From assembly GCF_963921235.1 (NCBI RefSeq), contig NC_086097.1:175028001-175092000 (forward strand): a DNA stretch of 64,000 nt, given 5' to 3'. Origin of the DNA: Mobula hypostoma. Lineage: Eukaryota. The translations under genes and the position numbers were made by a program. Shown here one piece after another: positions 62,245-64,000 of this stretch. The notes under the pieces were generated by a model that had not been told where the DNA came from, searched no databases, and saw only the letters and a program-made list of their open reading frames with translations. Every line of letters starts with the position of its first letter. Within the stretch, counting starts at the first letter, position 1.

Positions 62245-62895
62245 CAATGATCACTGCAGTTAATAGCCTGTAACTTCCCTTTCAGAGTTGTAGTTTTGAG
62301 CTGCCTGTACAAGCTGGCATTTTTTCAGTGTTCTGTGAGATTTGATGAACTGGAGTCTTGTGGGTGCAGTACAGTTGCAGCAGCGTGGCAGATACAGGCT
62401 GAATGGAAGTGATGTGCCTGGACCCGAGAGCAAGAAATGAGCTGATGTTTGGCTATTACTGGAGCAGACTTGAAGCTGAATTGAAGTGCCAGGCCTGAGA
62501 CCAAGGAATGAGCTTATGTTTGACCTAATTAAGCACAGGGCCAGATTGAAAAGGTCAGGTGTCAGGGCCGGAGGTGTGGGACGGACCAGTGTTCAGCTCA
62601 CTACAAAACGAGGTTTACTATCTCTGCAGTAAACTTGAGCTGTGGCCTGCAACTAACGGACTCCCGGACTAGCTGCCCTGATGAACTGGTGGCTGTGAAG
62701 TTCACAGTTTCATGAACTTTAGTTCTAAGTGTTATCCGTTTACTTTTTATTGTTTGCACAATTTGTTCTTTTTTTTGCTCACATGGCTGTTTGACGGTCT
62801 TTTTTAATAGGTTCTATTGGGCTTCTTTGTTTTTGTCGCTGCTTGTAAGAAGATGAATTTCAAGCTTATATATAGTATACCTACTTTGATAATTA
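62245..62895 (+). repeat. Unclassified interspersed repeat, copy 2
   Basis: Collinear similarity to 24522-25255; ends in tatacctactttgataat. Confidence 0.7.
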
Positions 62896-63179
62896 ATATA
62901 CAGTAAACTTTTCATTGTACCATGCCTCACTATACTTGTGCATATGACAATAAAATTGATTTGACTCAAAAAATAACTGACCTCATCTCTTTTCTAATCC
63001 TAACAAATCTGTGCTCCTTTGTTTTTGACCTTTCCAGGCCCTTCCATAATTTTATACACCTAAGTCTCCTCTCAGCCTCCTCTATTCCAAAGTAAAGAAC
63101 CCGAGTTTATTCAATCTCTACCCATAAATAAGACATTCCAGTCTTGTTAACATCCTTGTAGCTCTCCTCTGCAACCTCT

Positions 63180-63785
63180 TCCCAACTCATCCTACTTGAG
63201 GCCAGGCCCTCTGTTAATCATGGTCAGCCATGGATGTTGTGCCCAGCTATCTATGTGATCTGCAAACCAGTATGCAAGTCAAGGCAATATGATATGGAGA
63301 GCAAGCTGTTGCCCATGTAGCAGGCTCCTCCCCTTCGTGGCAGCTAATGGATCCAAGGAACAGAAGAGACCAATATAGTTTGGCACCAGCAGCATTGTAG
63401 GAGTTGCCAGTCAGCATTGAACTCAACGTAGTACTGCCTTAGGGACTCCAGCTCTGAATTTTTCCTTGGGGTTTGCTCCTGAAGTCTTCCCAATGAGTGG
63501 GTATAGCCACAAGGCACCCGAGGTTTCAGGTCAGAGTTTTCCTTCTGCTAGATGAGCTGCCAATCACGGCTGTCGAGCCCCATCTGCTCAAAGCGACTAA
63601 TTTGAAGGTGCCAGTAAACTGCCTTTGCCATTTCTGTAAGTAGAAATAGCTCTGTTGGGCTTAGTAGCCACATATGAAGGCCGAGAGCTGGACTTGGTTA
63701 TCAGAGACGCACGCCATCGGGAGCATTTAATAGGTAGAGGGAGCTTACCCCCACTACCACCCACAGCTATAACAACCTAAAGGAA
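63180..63785 (-). mobile_element. Non-coding retroelement derivative (RTE-like UTR, tentative)
   Basis: Segment 63281-63397 (-) aligns with the SINE 3' half at 53030-53150; RTE assignment from memory of motifs such as ggcagctcatctag..aaggaaaactctga. Confidence 0.45.
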
Positions 63786-64000
63786 CCTAATAATCTATTA
63801 ATTGCTGTTGGTTAATAACAAAACTTGCCAGGAAAAAACATTTTTAAGAGAATATTTTTGACAGATTACAAAAAAGGTGACTTTTAACAACAGTCCAAAA
63901 CTGTATAAACTACACATATCAGAAAATGTATGGCAAGCACAAAATACTGGTGTGTTTTATCACTGGCCTCTGTGCGCTCCGGTAAATCTGTCTACGGAGA

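Overview
Eukaryotic, repeat-dense vertebrate DNA. The mix of CR1, Penelope, Rex1-type and HE1/V-SINE-like repeats suggests a cartilaginous fish (inference). Two convergent host genes are visible. RIDA (HRSP12/UK114) lies on + with exons 2-6 at 4496-22284; exon 1 is upstream of the window. An ERICH5 (C8orf47)-like gene lies on - with exons at 39401-39685 and 33174-33284, a probable terminal exon at 31185-31207, and no first exon found. Nearly all else is transposable-element sequence: a near-intact Neptune-type Penelope-like element (RT + GIY-YIG, two lesions, 14-bp TSD), many Penelope terminal-repeat copies carrying minimal hammerhead-ribozyme motifs (often as inverted pairs in introns), a nested L1>hAT>hAT/Penelope stack, Tc1 elements, a decayed Gypsy element, a solo LTR, Tx1, CR1, Rex1-type LINEs and tRNA-derived SINEs. 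Most ORFs in the supplied track are spurious or TE remnants. I found no clearly new gene system; the best leads are RNA-level (intronic ribozyme motifs, long hairpins) and TE-evolution observations. Repeat boundaries without a stated TSD are approximate.
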